Assembly (NCBI RefSeq): GCF_030684315.1
Contig: NC_081369.1
Location: 10,020,035-10,084,034 of the forward strand
Length of the DNA: 64,000 nt
Source: Stegostoma tigrinum
Taxonomy: Eukaryota
Reading direction: 5' to 3'
In this document: positions 1 through 13,499 of the stretch, one piece after another
Layout of the letters: each line of letters opens with the position of its first letter
How positions within the stretch are numbered: the stretch's first letter is position 1
The notes under the pieces: model-generated
The model's database searches: none
The model's input: only the letters and a program-made list of their open reading frames with translations
Told to the model about the DNA's origin: nothing
Translations under genes and position numbers: made by a program

Positions 1-202
1 TTGAGACTCATCAGAAAAATTTAAATTGCTATTTGTTTCATATGAAAATAATTTGTAATTCACAGCAGGCTTGTATATTCTCCAGTTACATGTGCAAGAT
101 TCTTAATTGTCTTTTTTGGTATTTTATTATTCCTTGCTGTACATTGATTTTTTTTCTGACGTATGCAACTTTTCTCACAGTTCTGCTTTTATTTTCTCAT
201 AG

Positions 203-507
203 CCACTGAAGTAACTTCAAACGAAGTAGATCAGTTTTCCAAACTCTTGAAGACCACTGGTGGTAATAATGTTTCCATGTTTTTCACATTTCCCATATTT
301 GAAGATGCTCCTGAAGTATTTTGGTGGAATGCAGTGCAGAATTGTTTCTGGAACTCGACAGCAGATATCTGTTTGATGGACAGAAAGCAAGGAGATCACT
401 TCATGTTCTCAATATCACTGTTGCAGACTCCGGAATATATTATTGTAATACAAAGCTTCAGTAAACTAATAACGGAGCTAGGAGTGGATTGCTGTTGAAT
501 GTGTGTG
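203..507 (+). pseudogene. Ig V-set (VJ-type) pseudo-exon of receptor paralogue 1
   Basis: Acceptor ttctgcttttattttctcatag ends at 202. Phase-1 frame reads VDQFSKLLKTTGGNNVSMF(F)TFPIFEDAPEVFWW, then after a frameshift FLELDSRYLFDGQKARRSLHVLNITVADSGIYYCNTKLQ*TNNGARSGLLLNV. DSGIYYC and the C-strand Trp are present, the B-strand Cys is Phe, there is one stop, and the donor is degraded (G|TTAAG). Confidence 0.85.
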
Positions 508-2349
508 TTAAGTTTCATGGTACTGGGGATAGGAACATTTCCAGTGTGTGAAACAAATAAAATTTGAGCATTATAACGAGAACAAAACCTCTTCGTAGCG
601 AATTGACTAAACACTGGCCGGGTTTAAATCGATTTGATGTGCAAGATCCATTGATTCTCTCCTCGTTTGAGACAATTGCAATCATTATTGAGACAAGATA
701 GTCAAACATGGCCACCAGTTAAAACCCAGACTGAGATTAAGTAACGGGAGAAGATGAACAACTTCCTCGATAATCATAACATTCGAACAGTAATAGCATC
801 TTCGAGATAATGAATTCTATGAAAGTTTAACTGAATTCATTTCACCACAAATAAGTGACTTATTGCGAACTCAGGATCGAAATCTCCTGCTACAGCCTTG
901 GAGACTTCATCAAACAGCTTGCATTTCAATCCACTGTTTTGAGTTGCCAATCCACAATTCTTCTTTTCGCGAAGTTGACTACAACTTCAATCACGTTAAG
1001 TTTTTTTTTATCATTCACATTACGACAGTAGAATTATGTCAAACAAGTAGAACTGAGCATAGATCAACTATGATTTAAATGATTGTCAGGGCACGTTCGA
1101 AGGGGCGAATGGACTATTCTGGCTCCCAGTTTTGAGCATTATACAGTACAGGTGTATCCATTGATTAAATGTTTGCGATAACAAACTAAAGAAATCCTAC
1201 CGACTTTATGCAATCCTGCAAACCACCCAGGGGACAGGTGTTGATATTGATGTCAATGCTGGTTTGCAAACATCGTCCTGAACATGCAATATTTTGGTTA
1301 TGAACATTGCTCGTTTCTGTGAATTTCTGCCGTCGATCAGTTGGGTTATGTTTTTTCATATACTCATAAATGTATTGTCCTTTGCAAATAAGCTCTCACG
1401 CTGCATTTCTCTGAATGCATTGTTTTGGGAATTATAATTCATAATATTCACTCGTAGTCCCAAACCTCATACAAACGATACAAGTCACTTCAGTATATTA
1501 TGCTCATTCGTGGACAATCAATTGCATAACATGAGAAAGCTAAAACAGATCAATGGTTAAGAAATATAATAATTAACTGAGGGATCAATCCAACCCAAGA
1601 GTTTCAATGCAGATTGAACCAGCACAGTACTTACACGAAAATTTAAATTGTTTAATTGCTGAATAACATGGCGGGCAGGTCAGAAAGGCTGAAGGAACAC
1701 GGGGGTGGTTAAAACGTTGAAAACAAAGAAAACATGCAATATAAGTTTTAATTTACAATTCAATATGCCTTCTATTTATGAATGCATCCAATTATACAAC
1801 AGCCAGAGACATGTCTTGGATAACTGCAAATTGTCTCAAGTTTTGCGGAGTGATTATCTCTTCTAGGCGGACTGATATTTTCCCCCAACACTCTTTGCTT
1901 CAATTGCTGTCTGAACACTCGCAGCCAGATTCACCCTTAAATCCTTCTCACTTTAACAAAGGCCACTACCCGAGCGACTGGCCAATCGCCAGATGCTGGA
2001 ATTCACCGGCATCTCGTGCACTGTATTTGAAATGATGCTCCGCTCCTGGGAAAGAGCTGTCAGTCCAGAGCAGCCCTGCACAGTTCCTTAATATTTGCCA
2101 CATACATGGCAGGCAGAGGAAAATCTGACACATTTCTGCCTGTGCGGCCTGCAGCTCTCACTGAATCGGCAAGCTCACAAGCAGAATTAACTCCATTCCA
2201 CGGCAAGCAGTGAAGACCATGTTACCAGGTCATGTGAGTATGGTCCTAAGTTGTCAATGCTTCTGAAGCAGTGGGTGTCTCTCTATAAGCACAAAATGTC
2301 TTTGCAGTATCAATAAACTAGTATTCGCCAATGCAGTCTTAGGTTCAGC

Positions 2350-3205
2350 ATTGAAACGCCTTGATCAATTGGACCAATGGGCTGTGAAGTTACAGATGGA
2401 ATTTAATTTAGGTATATGTGAGATGCAGCATTTTGGAAAGGCACATCAGTACAGGGCGTAAGCATTTAATCGTAATGTCCTGGGGAGTGTTACTGAACAA
2501 ACAGACCCTGGAATGTATTTGCATAGTTCCTTTAAAGTGGAGTTGCAGGTAGATAGGATAGTGACAAAGGTATTAGGTATGCTTGCATTTGTTGGTCAGT
2601 GCATTGAGTATAGGAGTTAGGAGGTCATGTTGCGGCTGTGCAGAACAGACGTTAGGCCACTATTGCAGTACTGCGTTCAATTCTGTTCTCCCTGCTATCG
2701 GAAGGACGCTGCGAAATTTGAAAGGGCACAGAAAAGATTTAGAAGGACGTTGCCAGTATTGGACGATTTAAGCTATTGGGAGTGGCTGAACAGCCCTGGG
2801 GATATTTTGCGTGGCGAGTCGAGGCCGAGGGGTGAACTTACAGATGTTTAAAAAACTGCTACGGACATGGACAGCGTAAATAAGCCAGGTCTTTTCGAAA
2901 GGTGGGAGAAGCCAAAACTAAGGGGCATAGGTTTAATGTGAGAGGGGGAAAGTTTGTAAGGGTTCTAAGGGACAACTTTTTTTCACGCAGCGGGCGGTGC
3001 GTGAACGGAATGAGCTGCCAGAGGAATAGGTGGATGCGGGTACAATTACAACATTTAACGGGGTGCCTGGATGGTTTTATGAATAGGAAGTGCTTAGAGG
3101 GTTATGAGGCAACTGATGTTAAACGGGTTGTATTTAATTTGGATATCTGTTCGGGATGGACGAGTTGGGCTGAAGGGTTTGTTTTTGTGCAGTACATCTC
3201 TCTGA
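2350..3205 (+). mobile_element. CR1-type LINE 3' fragment
   Basis: Degenerate CR1 ORF2 C-terminus (VRPLLQYCVQFCSPCYRKD..FERAQKRFRRTLP; TKGHRFNVRGGKF) plus 3'UTR. Confidence 0.85.
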
Positions 3206-3672
3206 ATCTTGAGTCTGTTTGCAGAAGCATCCTGTAAGTGGATCCGAGATGTGCCAAAGAGGGTTCATAGTGGCTGGCACATGTAGGGTGCCACTGTCTG
3301 CAGGCGTGGGACGTTTCAGCTGGTCCTGATGATGTATGCCGAAGACGTTCACGTTCAGTATCCAACTTGTGAGTTAATTGAGATCAGGCAACCAGTTATA
3401 CTCAGCAACAAGTCGTTTTGGTTTCAATGTCGAGTTTTTCAGGCGGTTAGATTATGAGTGCAATTTCGAAATATCGCAAACCTGGGGATATCAGTTGTGT
3501 CAGAATCTTCTGCGTGTTTTGGCATGATAATAAAATGTAAACGAAAGGAGAGTAATGTTAACCAATAAAACACATTACCCTGTTCGTAGTTGAGCTGTAA
3601 GACCACTACTCGAGCATACCAATGCCACTACACTGCTTTACATGAACATTTTAACTTTGTTTTCTTTCATAG

Positions 3673-3953
3673 ATCCCCAAGCAAGTTGAAATTATTCCCT
3701 TTGAAAGATTCTCAGTGGCTTCTCCACAACTCGAGTGTGGAATGAACGGGGATGTAGGAATCGCCTGACCGAGGAATGGAGTCCAATGTTTGGCCGGGAT
3801 AGAAACTGTGAAAAACAGGCGGTGGATGGGCTTTATGAAGTGGCCGTTCCTTGGAAGAAGCATACCCCGTGCAGAGTGGTGTAATTTATACCCACCAGGC
3901 ATCTCATGTCTGTTTTAATGTGCCTACCAATGTTAGCTACATCATCGGTAATG
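3673..3953 (+). pseudogene. Ig C1-set pseudo-exon of paralogue 1
   Basis: Acceptor ttttctttcatag and donor G|GTAAG. Across frameshifts it reads SPSKLKIIPFERFSVASPQLEC...GIA*PRNGVQCLAGIETVKN...DGLYEV..SLEEAYPVQSGVIYTHQASHVCFNVPTNVSYIIG, collinear with the C1 exon at 16167-16487. Confidence 0.8.
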
Positions 3954-6899
3954 GTAAGGGATGATACATTTTCAGCGGGGTACACATTATAATTTTCTGG
4001 ACAGTGGATAGTGGGTGTGTGGATTGTGTTCTCTCTCGATGAAATTATGAAATGAAGGTAAAAATATGAAGATAAACGATTGATGAAGTAAGGAAAATAT
4101 TTTCTGGAACAAATTAGAAACGTTTATGCTGGCCAAAAGGTGAATGGCTTTGCCAGATCAAATATGCCTGTTATGCTTACAAAGCATTTGCTTTAAAATA
4201 ATTTTGCCTGATACTCTGTAGAACTTTAACCGACATCTTTCAAGGGAAATCGTTCCTTCACTAATATCTTTGAACACGGTTGACCTATTTGTCTTGCATA
4301 CATGCCATCTACAAATATCTTCTATGAACTGGAAATATGTTTTTCACTGGTTTCATGCTCTTTTTGAGTTATTATAAATTGCCCAGATGTGAAGGCACCC
4401 TCCTGACTCGATTCTAGCTGCAATTAAGGTTTCAGGTCCTTTATCCCAATTGATGGGATTGTACCAATCGTTTCTTCATTCGCAGTGAGAGGATAAACTG
4501 ATAGAATGGCAGAAACTACTTCTCAAAAGTAGGTAAGTTCTTTTTGTAAGAGTGAATCAGCCTTGGGGATTATCTGCCTGGGTTAAACTCGGGAAACATC
4601 ATTCTGATAGATTTAGCGACCATGCGACATCGTAATATACAGAACACCAGATTGTCAGCCATTTTAATCGTAAAGCAGCAGGTTTGGGAAGCACAGTTGT
4701 TCAGTCCCATTTTATATTTATGGGTTTACAGGAATATTTGTGCTTTTATTACCCGGGGGAAAAGATATTGGACGTTACTCACACATTTCTATTGCTAATT
4801 ATACCGACTAAAGAGTGCATAATGTACACGGTCCTGGTCGTGGTTCACTACAGAAATACGAGTAGAACCTGAATAGAAGCCAACAGCCTCATAAAATCGA
4901 GGATGGTGTGGGTTTAGAATTTGCATTCTTAATTTCCTGCTTGAGGCGGAAAATCTTGATTCATTTGGAAGGAACGTGGTTTAGCAGCTGAAGCGGCATA
5001 AGGTTTAAGCTTGTTCCTCGGTGCTGGGAAGTTGGAATAAAATGAGTGACTAGTTTTATTTTCAATCACTGAAGACACGATAGGCCAGTTCTGAAGAGGA
5101 ATCATGCTGAACTGGAAAGGTAAACTTTATATATCTCTCCACAGACTCTGATGAGATTCTTCACCACTATTTTATTTTTGTTGCACAGACACAATCCTCC
5201 TGAATAAAAGAGTACTCTAAAAATTACAGTTGTGACAAATATAAACTTCGGAAGCTAATTTTTTGAAATGGAAAATTATGGCATATTTATTTAAGATCAA
5301 GTCTTTGTCCTAGTTCCGCAAATTTTAAGAACAATTTAATAATTATTGTCATATCAATGGAAAGTTATAATTGTTGACCGTTCCTCTAATTTAATCTTAT
5401 CTTGATATTGAGCCAGTTGAGTGTCTATCTTTGAGTCACAAACTACAGAGATAGTACCTGCTAAACTAATCATTTGAGGCATATTCTTGATGAGCAATCA
5501 GTGTGAAATGTGTGTATGTAAGATGGAATTTTAAAATTAAAGCACATCAGTTAAAAATAATGCATCCAATACTTCCTCATAGTCAGCTAAACAACTGTGA
5601 TATTCTGCGGCCCTGTGATTCATAAATACATGAGGGCAGTACCTTTTCAAAATAGAAGACAACGTGTTGTGATCCAGTACAGATGGAAAAGAAAAAGTTA
5701 AACATACGAACGGGATGAAAGTGCCTCAGTTGAGACAGATGAAGACTTTAATCAAAACTTGCTTACAATCCGCTTGCAATGCACATTGCACCATGATCCT
5801 CCCGGACTTAAAATGCATGACGATTGATTTTAGTTTTTTTTTAATCCCCTGTAAAATTTACTCAAATATTCTGAATACAAACGGTAAATAAAAGGTCGAG
5901 ATGGCTGTATCTGAATCATTTTGCTTATTTCTAGAGGCTGTTGCATACTTTGATGTTGAATGTTGATTGTTGAAATTTTAATATGTCAGGTTACTTCTTG
6001 TATTTACACATTTCTTATGTCATTGCACTAATTAAAAAAAAGACTGACAATAACATTTCTGTTCATAGCATTTAATTTTATGGTGCATTTTAGGTACAAT
6101 TCACTCTAGTTCTAGTCATGACTTTATCCAGAGTCAATATGGAGACGAGCTAGATTATACATTTTCTCTCCTTCAGGTAACCTCACAATTAGATCCCATC
6201 TCTCTCTTCCGGGTTTCAAATGGCTACAAAACGGTTCTCTTCGTTTTTGCAAATACGAATAAGAAGATTGCCCAATTAGTTAATCTCCGTCACTGACATA
6301 TTAACATTGTGTGAATCATCGAGATTTCTATTAAATTCAGTCTAGTTTTAGAGCGTTTGGCTGTCTCGTTTAATTAACTGTCTATTTGACATTTTTTGAA
6401 GAGTAAGTTCAGATAAAAGTGAACAGCATTTTTTGAATTAACTGTTAAAACTGATTCCATTAGATGCTTCAGGTGGCACATCAATTACCTTTTAGCTAAT
6501 CTCCTTTACAGTGGTCAGCAAGTAGTACGGCACAGTTTCAGATCTTAAAACATTTTCATTTGTCTGCACTTGCACAATATTTAATTTCGAATTTAGATGT
6601 TTCAATACTCATTAAAACTGTAGAAATGCTACTTAAATTAAATTCCTGCGCCCATTGGCGTAATCTATGAAACGTAATGTCTCATCTTTGATCTGGTCAT
6701 AATTTCATGGTAATCTGCCTTTGTCTATTTGCCTTGACTAAATCGAGCCACGTGGTGTAAAATATTAAAATCTATATCTAATACAGTTATGTATAACATA
6801 TCTTATTAGATTAGTCAATGAAAATCTTTGTTTGTGAGATTATCACCAAACTAATTCAGTTATGAAAGGTCAATTTGCCTGTTAAAAGCTCCATGACAG

Positions 6900-6943
6900 A
6901 ACCAACTGCGTGGAACTTCTGTCCCGATCTCATCCCAACTGAT
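6900..6943 (+). pseudogene. putative short cytoplasmic exon of paralogue 1
   Basis: 44 nt between AG and GTAAGT, phase 1 to 0. Same length and phases as the exon at 14114-14157. Polypyrimidine tract is weak. Confidence 0.4.
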
Positions 6944-7152
6944 GTAAGTGTCGCAGATTCATCTTCCCAATGGCAGTGTTAGATGGAAACATTATTTCGC
7001 AGAGCCAATGAGAGTATCTTCATCAGATTGCGTGGTACTTCAAACCGTGCTAAATAGTTTATATTCTGAACAGAGCTGGCAGATTAAACCATGAGAAGTT
7101 TTGCATCAGTACATGCATTAGATTTGTATTTAATAACTACCTGTTGCTGTAG

Positions 7153-7623
7153 CCCAGCATATCTCTGTCACTACTGTACCCATCAATTCAATCGACCAAT
7201 TATGGTGCTATGTGCAACATATGACTGTAAAACAGGAGCAGAAGCAAGCATAACTAACGGAGATTACTCACTGGGCGAGACAAAAATGCAGGACCATATG
7301 TGCATTATGCAGTGGACTCGGCAATCATAGAAAGAGTTAGCAGTCCGGTAGTGAATGAATCAGATTATAGCTTACTAGTCTTTCCAAAGACAAGAACAAT
7401 GGAACAACCAACATCAAGAGAAGGCTATGCAAACATTCTGGTCATTGATACAGAAACCGACATTCCACACCAACTCTCACATGTATTTAAAGCAAAATAC
7501 AGCCTGAAGCACCTGCTGTCAAGTCAAACCAGCCTATTCCTAAATTACAACACTAAAGCAGATGGTCTTCAGCAAAAGTATTCACGCCGCACGATGTCAA
7601 CAAATGTCAGAACACGTCGATAA
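7153..7623 (+). pseudogene. putative tyrosine-motif cytoplasmic terminal exon of paralogue 1
   Basis: Phase 0 after ctgttgctgtag and in frame with ORF 7300-7623. Contains LLYPSI, TNYGAM, VHYAV, SDYSLL and EGYANI, with three stops in the first third. Confidence 0.45.
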
Positions 7624-7805
7624 ATTTGGAGCTGGAAAGGCACAAGAGGTCAGACAGCATCCGAGGAGTAGGAAAGTCAACGTTTTGACTTTCGAAATGT
7701 TGACTTCCCTGATCATTGACTTCCCTGTTCCCTGGGTGCTCTCAGACATTTTCTGCGTTTTAAACGCCACATTTAATGTCTCTCGCTTTCAGCAGCTGCG
7801 GTACT
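7612..7805. mobile_element. degenerate palindromic Penelope pLTR remnant
   Basis: Inverted arms (ggaaagtcaacgttt...cgaaatgttgacttcc) resembling the elements at 23457 and 32504. Confidence 0.5.
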
Positions 7806-10800
7806 TACCGTCAGCAGGTTACTGGACACTTTGGTTGTTTAAAATACCTTGACAGCTTCTTAGCTATACTAATTAAACCTCTGCTCCTGGGTCAACCGAC
7901 AACTTTCAAGCAGTTCTCCTAGAACTGTACAATCACCTCCCCCGAAAACAAAATTAAGAGTACACAGGTGCAGGAGATGCCAATGAAGCCACCGAAGCAA
8001 TTCAACACAATGACTGCTCATTCTACTCTGTACACCTTTTCACTTTCTCTCCCACCCACCCCCACCCATTTATCCTTCTGTCGTGAAGAACTATATCTAA
8101 TTCCTTGTTGAAAAGTGGCTGGGCAGTTAGGGTGCTCAATGAGTGGAGTAGTATGAAACTCAATGATAGTTTGCCAGGTTGCCCGGTAATTGGGTCCCAA
8201 CTTGTTAGAGTAAATCTGGTGACAGGGGTAATCATGCAAGACTATTGAGTATCAAGAGGATATAGTGCCATCTAAGTAGGACGACAGTGTGCCATGTGCA
8301 TAGAATATCACCTGAGTACAGATTCAGCTGCCACGAGGAGTCATCCAGAGGAAATAGAGAGGGAGGCAACTTCTGGGCTGCAATGCTGAAAGAAGGCAGT
8401 TAAATTTTGCGTTATTCATTCGCAGAATGTGAGTATCTCTGGCAAGGCCAACATTTATAGCACATCACTAACTGACCAAAGGGCAGATGGGGAGCCAACC
8501 ATATGCTGGGGCTCTGGAGTAACATGTCGGCCAGATACAACTAACATCAATTGCGAAAGGCATAACAAGCATTCACAGTAGAGGATTTTAACCTTTATTA
8601 CCAAGGATGTCTTGCGAGCATTCCATTTATCCAAGCTAACTACATCGTCAGGGATAGATCTGTAAACTGAATGCAAGTTCTGTCTTGCAATTTACACACA
8701 ATCTACAAAATTAATTTGTTTACCTGTAACTTTAGCAGGAGACAGCTCAATTGATTATGTCTGGAAACATCGAAAAAACAGGAGAAAGTACTTAATTGGG
8801 CATATCAAAGCTCTTGCTTTCAGATTCAACTTAGTGCTCGGTGATGACAGTTTCAGGTCTGACTCACAGACGCCATCTTCTGTATCCAAATATACGACAG
8901 GATAACTTCAAATGAAGCGCGTCTTTGTCACTGAAAACAACTGCTTATTAACTCCGTCAAGTTTCAACCAAAACAGGATCAATAATACCATTATGTACTG
9001 ATTGATCTCGATGATGTAGGTTTTCTTTTGGTGATTTGTTTCAGAAACATATAATCAAATACTAATTTGTTCTTAAAGGATGCAATACGTTACCTTATGT
9101 CACTGTCCACTATCTCCTGATTGGTTCCTTGAGATGCTGCTTATTCATGGGCCCATCTTCCTCATTCAGCTTTGTTACTGTTTACTTCTGTTTTGGGTGA
9201 GAATAGAATAACTTCTGATAATTTCTTCCTGCAGTTGTTAAAGGAAAAGAGATGCATCCTGTCGAGACTGAATGGTTGAAACTTTTTAAACTCATAATTA
9301 ATATCATATTTAAACTCGTTTTCTCTTATTTGGCACAGCTCCTACTAAATCAGAGACCTATCACTGCTGATTTCTTTTTATTTCTCAGAAGCCGCTTCCG
9401 AGATGATAGCTCTGTCTGTTCCTCTCACGCACACACACACAGACACACAGGCACGCTCTCACTTTTTCTTTCTCTGTGCGCATTTGCTAAAAAGGAAACG
9501 GTTTTTATACAAATGTTTCAGAACACAAAACATTTCGACCTAAAAAAGTTCCTCAAGACCTCAAAACTGTACAACACTCATGCAGAGGAGATCACAATGT
9601 ACAAATCTAAACAAATTGTTACTGACAGTACAAAAAGTGCGAAGTAGTGAAATACCCTTACACGTTTCGGGCGATGCACAACCTTGCATAATGCAAGTTT
9701 AACTGATTGTATATTTTCAAATATAAACGCACAATGTCAGCTAATCAACTCATACAAAAATTGCATTTCGTCTAAATATTGAATTTAGTCACTTACAATG
9801 GCTTCACCCTCGAAAGAAACTGAAGCAAATCAGGGCACTACCGCAACTATGATTTTCAGTGACTCTTTTTGGTCTTCTTTCACCTCACCGCTGGCCTAAC
9901 AAAGTGGAATGACATTACCTCGGCCTTTCTCAACCTGGAAAGCAACATGTTCTCACCAATAAGATATGCGAAATAAACAGGAGCCTGGTGGCCTTGACTC
10001 TGCAACATTGCGTATCATATTCAATCTGTTCGGAATCTTCTGGGGTATTTCTTCAATTCTTGGCTTTTGCTAATGATATCACGTGATATTATACTCTAAA
10101 ATCGACATAGAAATAAGTATATAAGTACTTAAATAAGTGTATATTATTAAATTAATTAATGAAAATTCTTTGAGTAGGTGATTTTCAGTGAGCGAAATCA
10201 GTCAGAAAATGCTAATTCTCCTGACAATTCCCCCGATCGTGACATCATCCTCAATGATCTAAACGTCACAGGTTCTCTTCCCGCAGCAGTATTGGATGCC
10301 ACACAGCGGTCGTGGAGAGCTTGAGCAAAGGGAGGGGGGTTTGATGGCAAAGCCCAGTGGACTGTGCGGCACTAGCAGTCTTGCTGAATGGTTAGTAGAC
10401 TGAACACAGCCAGCAGCTCTAGCCTAGGCCTCAATGAGTTATTTCGGATTTGCAGATGCATTAGTGTTGTTTTTAAATGCAATCCATAACATTATGGCGC
10501 TGTATTTACTTGACTATGCAATTGCTATCAATTGGGGAAAAAAACAAATATGTTGAGGATTGCAACACTGAAGTTTTAAGTCAGGACCATAAGCCGCAAT
10601 GCAGGATCTTGTCTGCATTATACATTGGGCACATGAAAAGATTTAAGCACTCACCAATCTTTCCAAAACTATTTGTCATTGTTCATGGACAAACAACAAA
10701 TAATAGAAACAGGGGGCTGCACTCACCTCTTCTTCAATGATCCGACAACCAACATTCCACGCTAAAGCCTGTAGTTATTCAAAGCAAAATTCAGCCTCAA

Positions 10801-11044
10801 GCAAGCACCACAGCAAACTCTTGATAAAGTACAACACAAAGCCATGGAGTCTGCAGCTAATATGATTCGCTCCACACGACGTCAAGAAATAACTGTGAGT
10901 TTTGGGCACTTGAATGCCCTGATTTCTTGCGTATGGTAATAATAACCTCGGCTCTGGATCAGATGGCCATTTGATAAGCTGTTCCCTGACAGCCACAAAA
11001 ATAAATAAATTTGTAAAATCGGCTTTGTATGTCTCGATAACGAA

Positions 11045-12440
11045 AACAGGAGGACAAAGGAGCAGAAGGTGGTCATTCGGTCATTCAAGCCATTCAACAC
11101 GATCACGGATGCTCATCCAACTCAATCGCCTGTTTTCGTTTTCTCCCCACCAAATATTGTCTGCCCACCCTGCTATCCCTTTAGCCCAAAGCACTATGCC
11201 TAACTCATTCTTGAAAGCAATCAATATTTTGCCAAGTCCTCTTTCTGTGGAAGGAAATTCTACACACTCACCAATCTCCAGATAAAGATATTCCCAAATG
11301 GCCTTGCCGATGTCTTTAGGCTATGATCACTGGTCCAGCCTTGCAAATCATCGAGAACAGCCTTCCTGTACTTAGCGAGCCACGTGTTAAATTTTACAGT
11401 TTTCCACGAAACCTACACTCATTCTCGTATATATCAGTGAATATACATCTTATTCATCCAGTCTAACTACACGTCAGTTCTGCCATTCCAGGAATGAGCC
11501 ATTGGAGAAAAGGGAGGCGATTACCTCGGAGTATTATCGCTGGATTGTTAGCCCAGATACCCAGATAATGTTCTGGAGACCCGGGTTCAAATCCCGCCAC
11601 GGCAGATGGCGAAATCAGAATTCAATAAATATCTGGAATTAAGAATCTAATGATGACAATGAATGCAATGTCGATTGCCGGGGGAAAGAAATTCCTGTGG
11701 TTCACTAATGCACTTTACAGAGCCACAGTAATGTGATTTCCTCCTGACCTGACCATCGATTACCCCATCCCGTGATGAATAAAAAAAATCTGGGAAAGCT
11801 CTGCTGCGTTCTATCCTTTGCCACCAAATCATGTCTCAGAAACGGCTTCCAAAACTGCACTTAACACTCATCGTTTGGTTTCGCCAAAGCTCTGTAGAAT
11901 TGCAAAAAGACACCCTGACCTACGATTCAAATACTGTTGCTTTGAAAGTCAACATTCTCGTTGTTTCTTCACTTGCTGCCGCAAATACATGCTTACGTTC
12001 TGCGACATGACTGCAAAGACACACAGATCTCGTTTCAACAGCACTCCCTGCCGCTCCCCACCTTCCCAATATATAATTATTCAAATAACAATTTGACCTC
12101 CCATTTTTGCTGCCAACGTGGATAATCACACATTTGTCAACATTATACTTCATCTGCCACACATTTTCCCATTCACTTAGATTGTCCAGACCACACTGAA
12201 TCATCTCTGCAAACTCCTTACAGCTTACCCTTCCACCCAACTTTCCAGTCGCCTGTAGACATGGAGATATTCCGTTTCGTTCCCTTACCTAAATCATTAA
12301 CATACCTTGAGAATACCCGGTGTCCAAGCTCCGATCCCTCACTAGTCGGGATACTACAGTAGTCACGGCATGACACGTGGAAAATAACGCATGTATTGCT
12401 ACACCATGCTTCCTGTTTGCCAAACGGTCCTTTATTCATG
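11045..12440 (-). mobile_element. old CR1-type LINE fragment interrupted by a SINE
   Basis: Minus ORF LDNLSEWENVWQMKYNVDKCVIIHVG is a CR1 RT motif. 3'UTR-like sequence lies near 11045-11300. Confidence 0.75.
11513..11788 (+). mobile_element. tRNA-derived SINE
   Basis: Pol III B-box GGTTCAAATCCC near 11584 and tail ccccatcccgtgatgaataaaaaaaa. Confidence 0.75.
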
Positions 12441-13133
12441 TCAAAACTGTTTATGACATATTATTATGATGAAATTGTTACAACAGGTCACCTTATTACA
12501 AGAAATTGCGTGCTTTAAATTCATTGAAATATTTTCAAACCATTTCGGAGACACAAATGCGTTAATTAAGTTGAATTCTCTATTCACAATACGATTAGAG
12601 ACATGGCATAAAAATAGAACAATTCCGGAGTTGTGTTTCAAAGAGTATGAGACATAGCTTCCTGATGGCTTCGCACGATGTGCCTTTAGCACATAAACTA
12701 CTGGCGCATGGTGTTGAGTGAGACTGACGTGAGGCATTGCATGCATGAGATTGTATGCCCCATTGAATAAGAATAGTTCATTTGCAAAATAAAGACATAT
12801 GCCTTTGCAACAGTGCCAATAACAAGGCAAGATATGGATGCTGAGAGAATGCAGGATGACGGGAATTGAATGCACTTGAAGGGAATAAGCAAGCACACCT
12901 GACAGGCAGCTGTCCCTGCCAGCAAAGTGTCTGTGGCAGCTTTTCAATGCAAGTCACCTGTACTGTACAAATAACAATATAAAATTAATCTGGTGTAGCA
13001 TGTTAGGTACTACCTATGGCTATCTGGTATACGAGTGCAATGGCATTTTTCGCGGAGAAGGCAGATTGTACAAGCCTGAAGTTCTAAGCGAAAAAGAATG
13101 TGATCGGTACATGTTCAAGAAAATCTTCTGCAT

Positions 13134-13315
13134 CTAAATTGTTATGGCTTGCCATTTCTTGCTTGTTTGGATATCTTCTTTTACAGATTTTCGTCTTCCG
13201 ACCTTCAGCGAGGCTTACTGTGTGCCCCCTTTGGGATTCTGGTGCATCTCTGATTTCACCGATTTCGTCAAAGTTACTGTAGCATATGTCACCTGATCAC
13301 TGATCACTGTGAAAC
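13134..13315 (-). pseudogene. receptor 2 exon 7, terminal cytoplasmic exon (ITIM + ITSM-like)
   Basis: Acceptor tgttgcctttgcag. Reads FTVISDQVTYATVTLTKSVKSEMHQNPKGGTQ*ASLKVGRRKSVKEDIQTSKKWQAITI*. VTYATV fits the ITIM consensus. TAA at 13215-13217 sits where the Tyr of TxYxxL is expected. Confidence 0.7.
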
Positions 13316-13499
13316 CTGCAAAGGCAACATTTGGACATATTTTTAACGTGTCTGTTTACAAATTTCCTGAAAAGTGGTCATCAGAAGGACAAACACATAA
13401 CTTTTCATATCTCATATGGCTAATGTCAAGAGGTAAAAGACGTCATTCACAGCCTCAATGGCGATTTTGTCCTGATAAACTTAATTCGTCGTCTGTTAC

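Noticed and set aside
6177-6280. Candidate TM exon of paralogue 1 after a strong acceptor
   Set aside because: No convincing hydrophobic helix or donor in any frame.
7360-7440. Possible ITAM (YSLL...YANI) in the paralogue 1 tail
   Set aside because: The spacing is 16 residues, not the 6-8 of an ITAM.
9797-9934. Exon-shaped segment on the minus strand (ttgctttccag...GTAAGT)
   Set aside because: Stops in all frames and no recognisable domain or partner exons.
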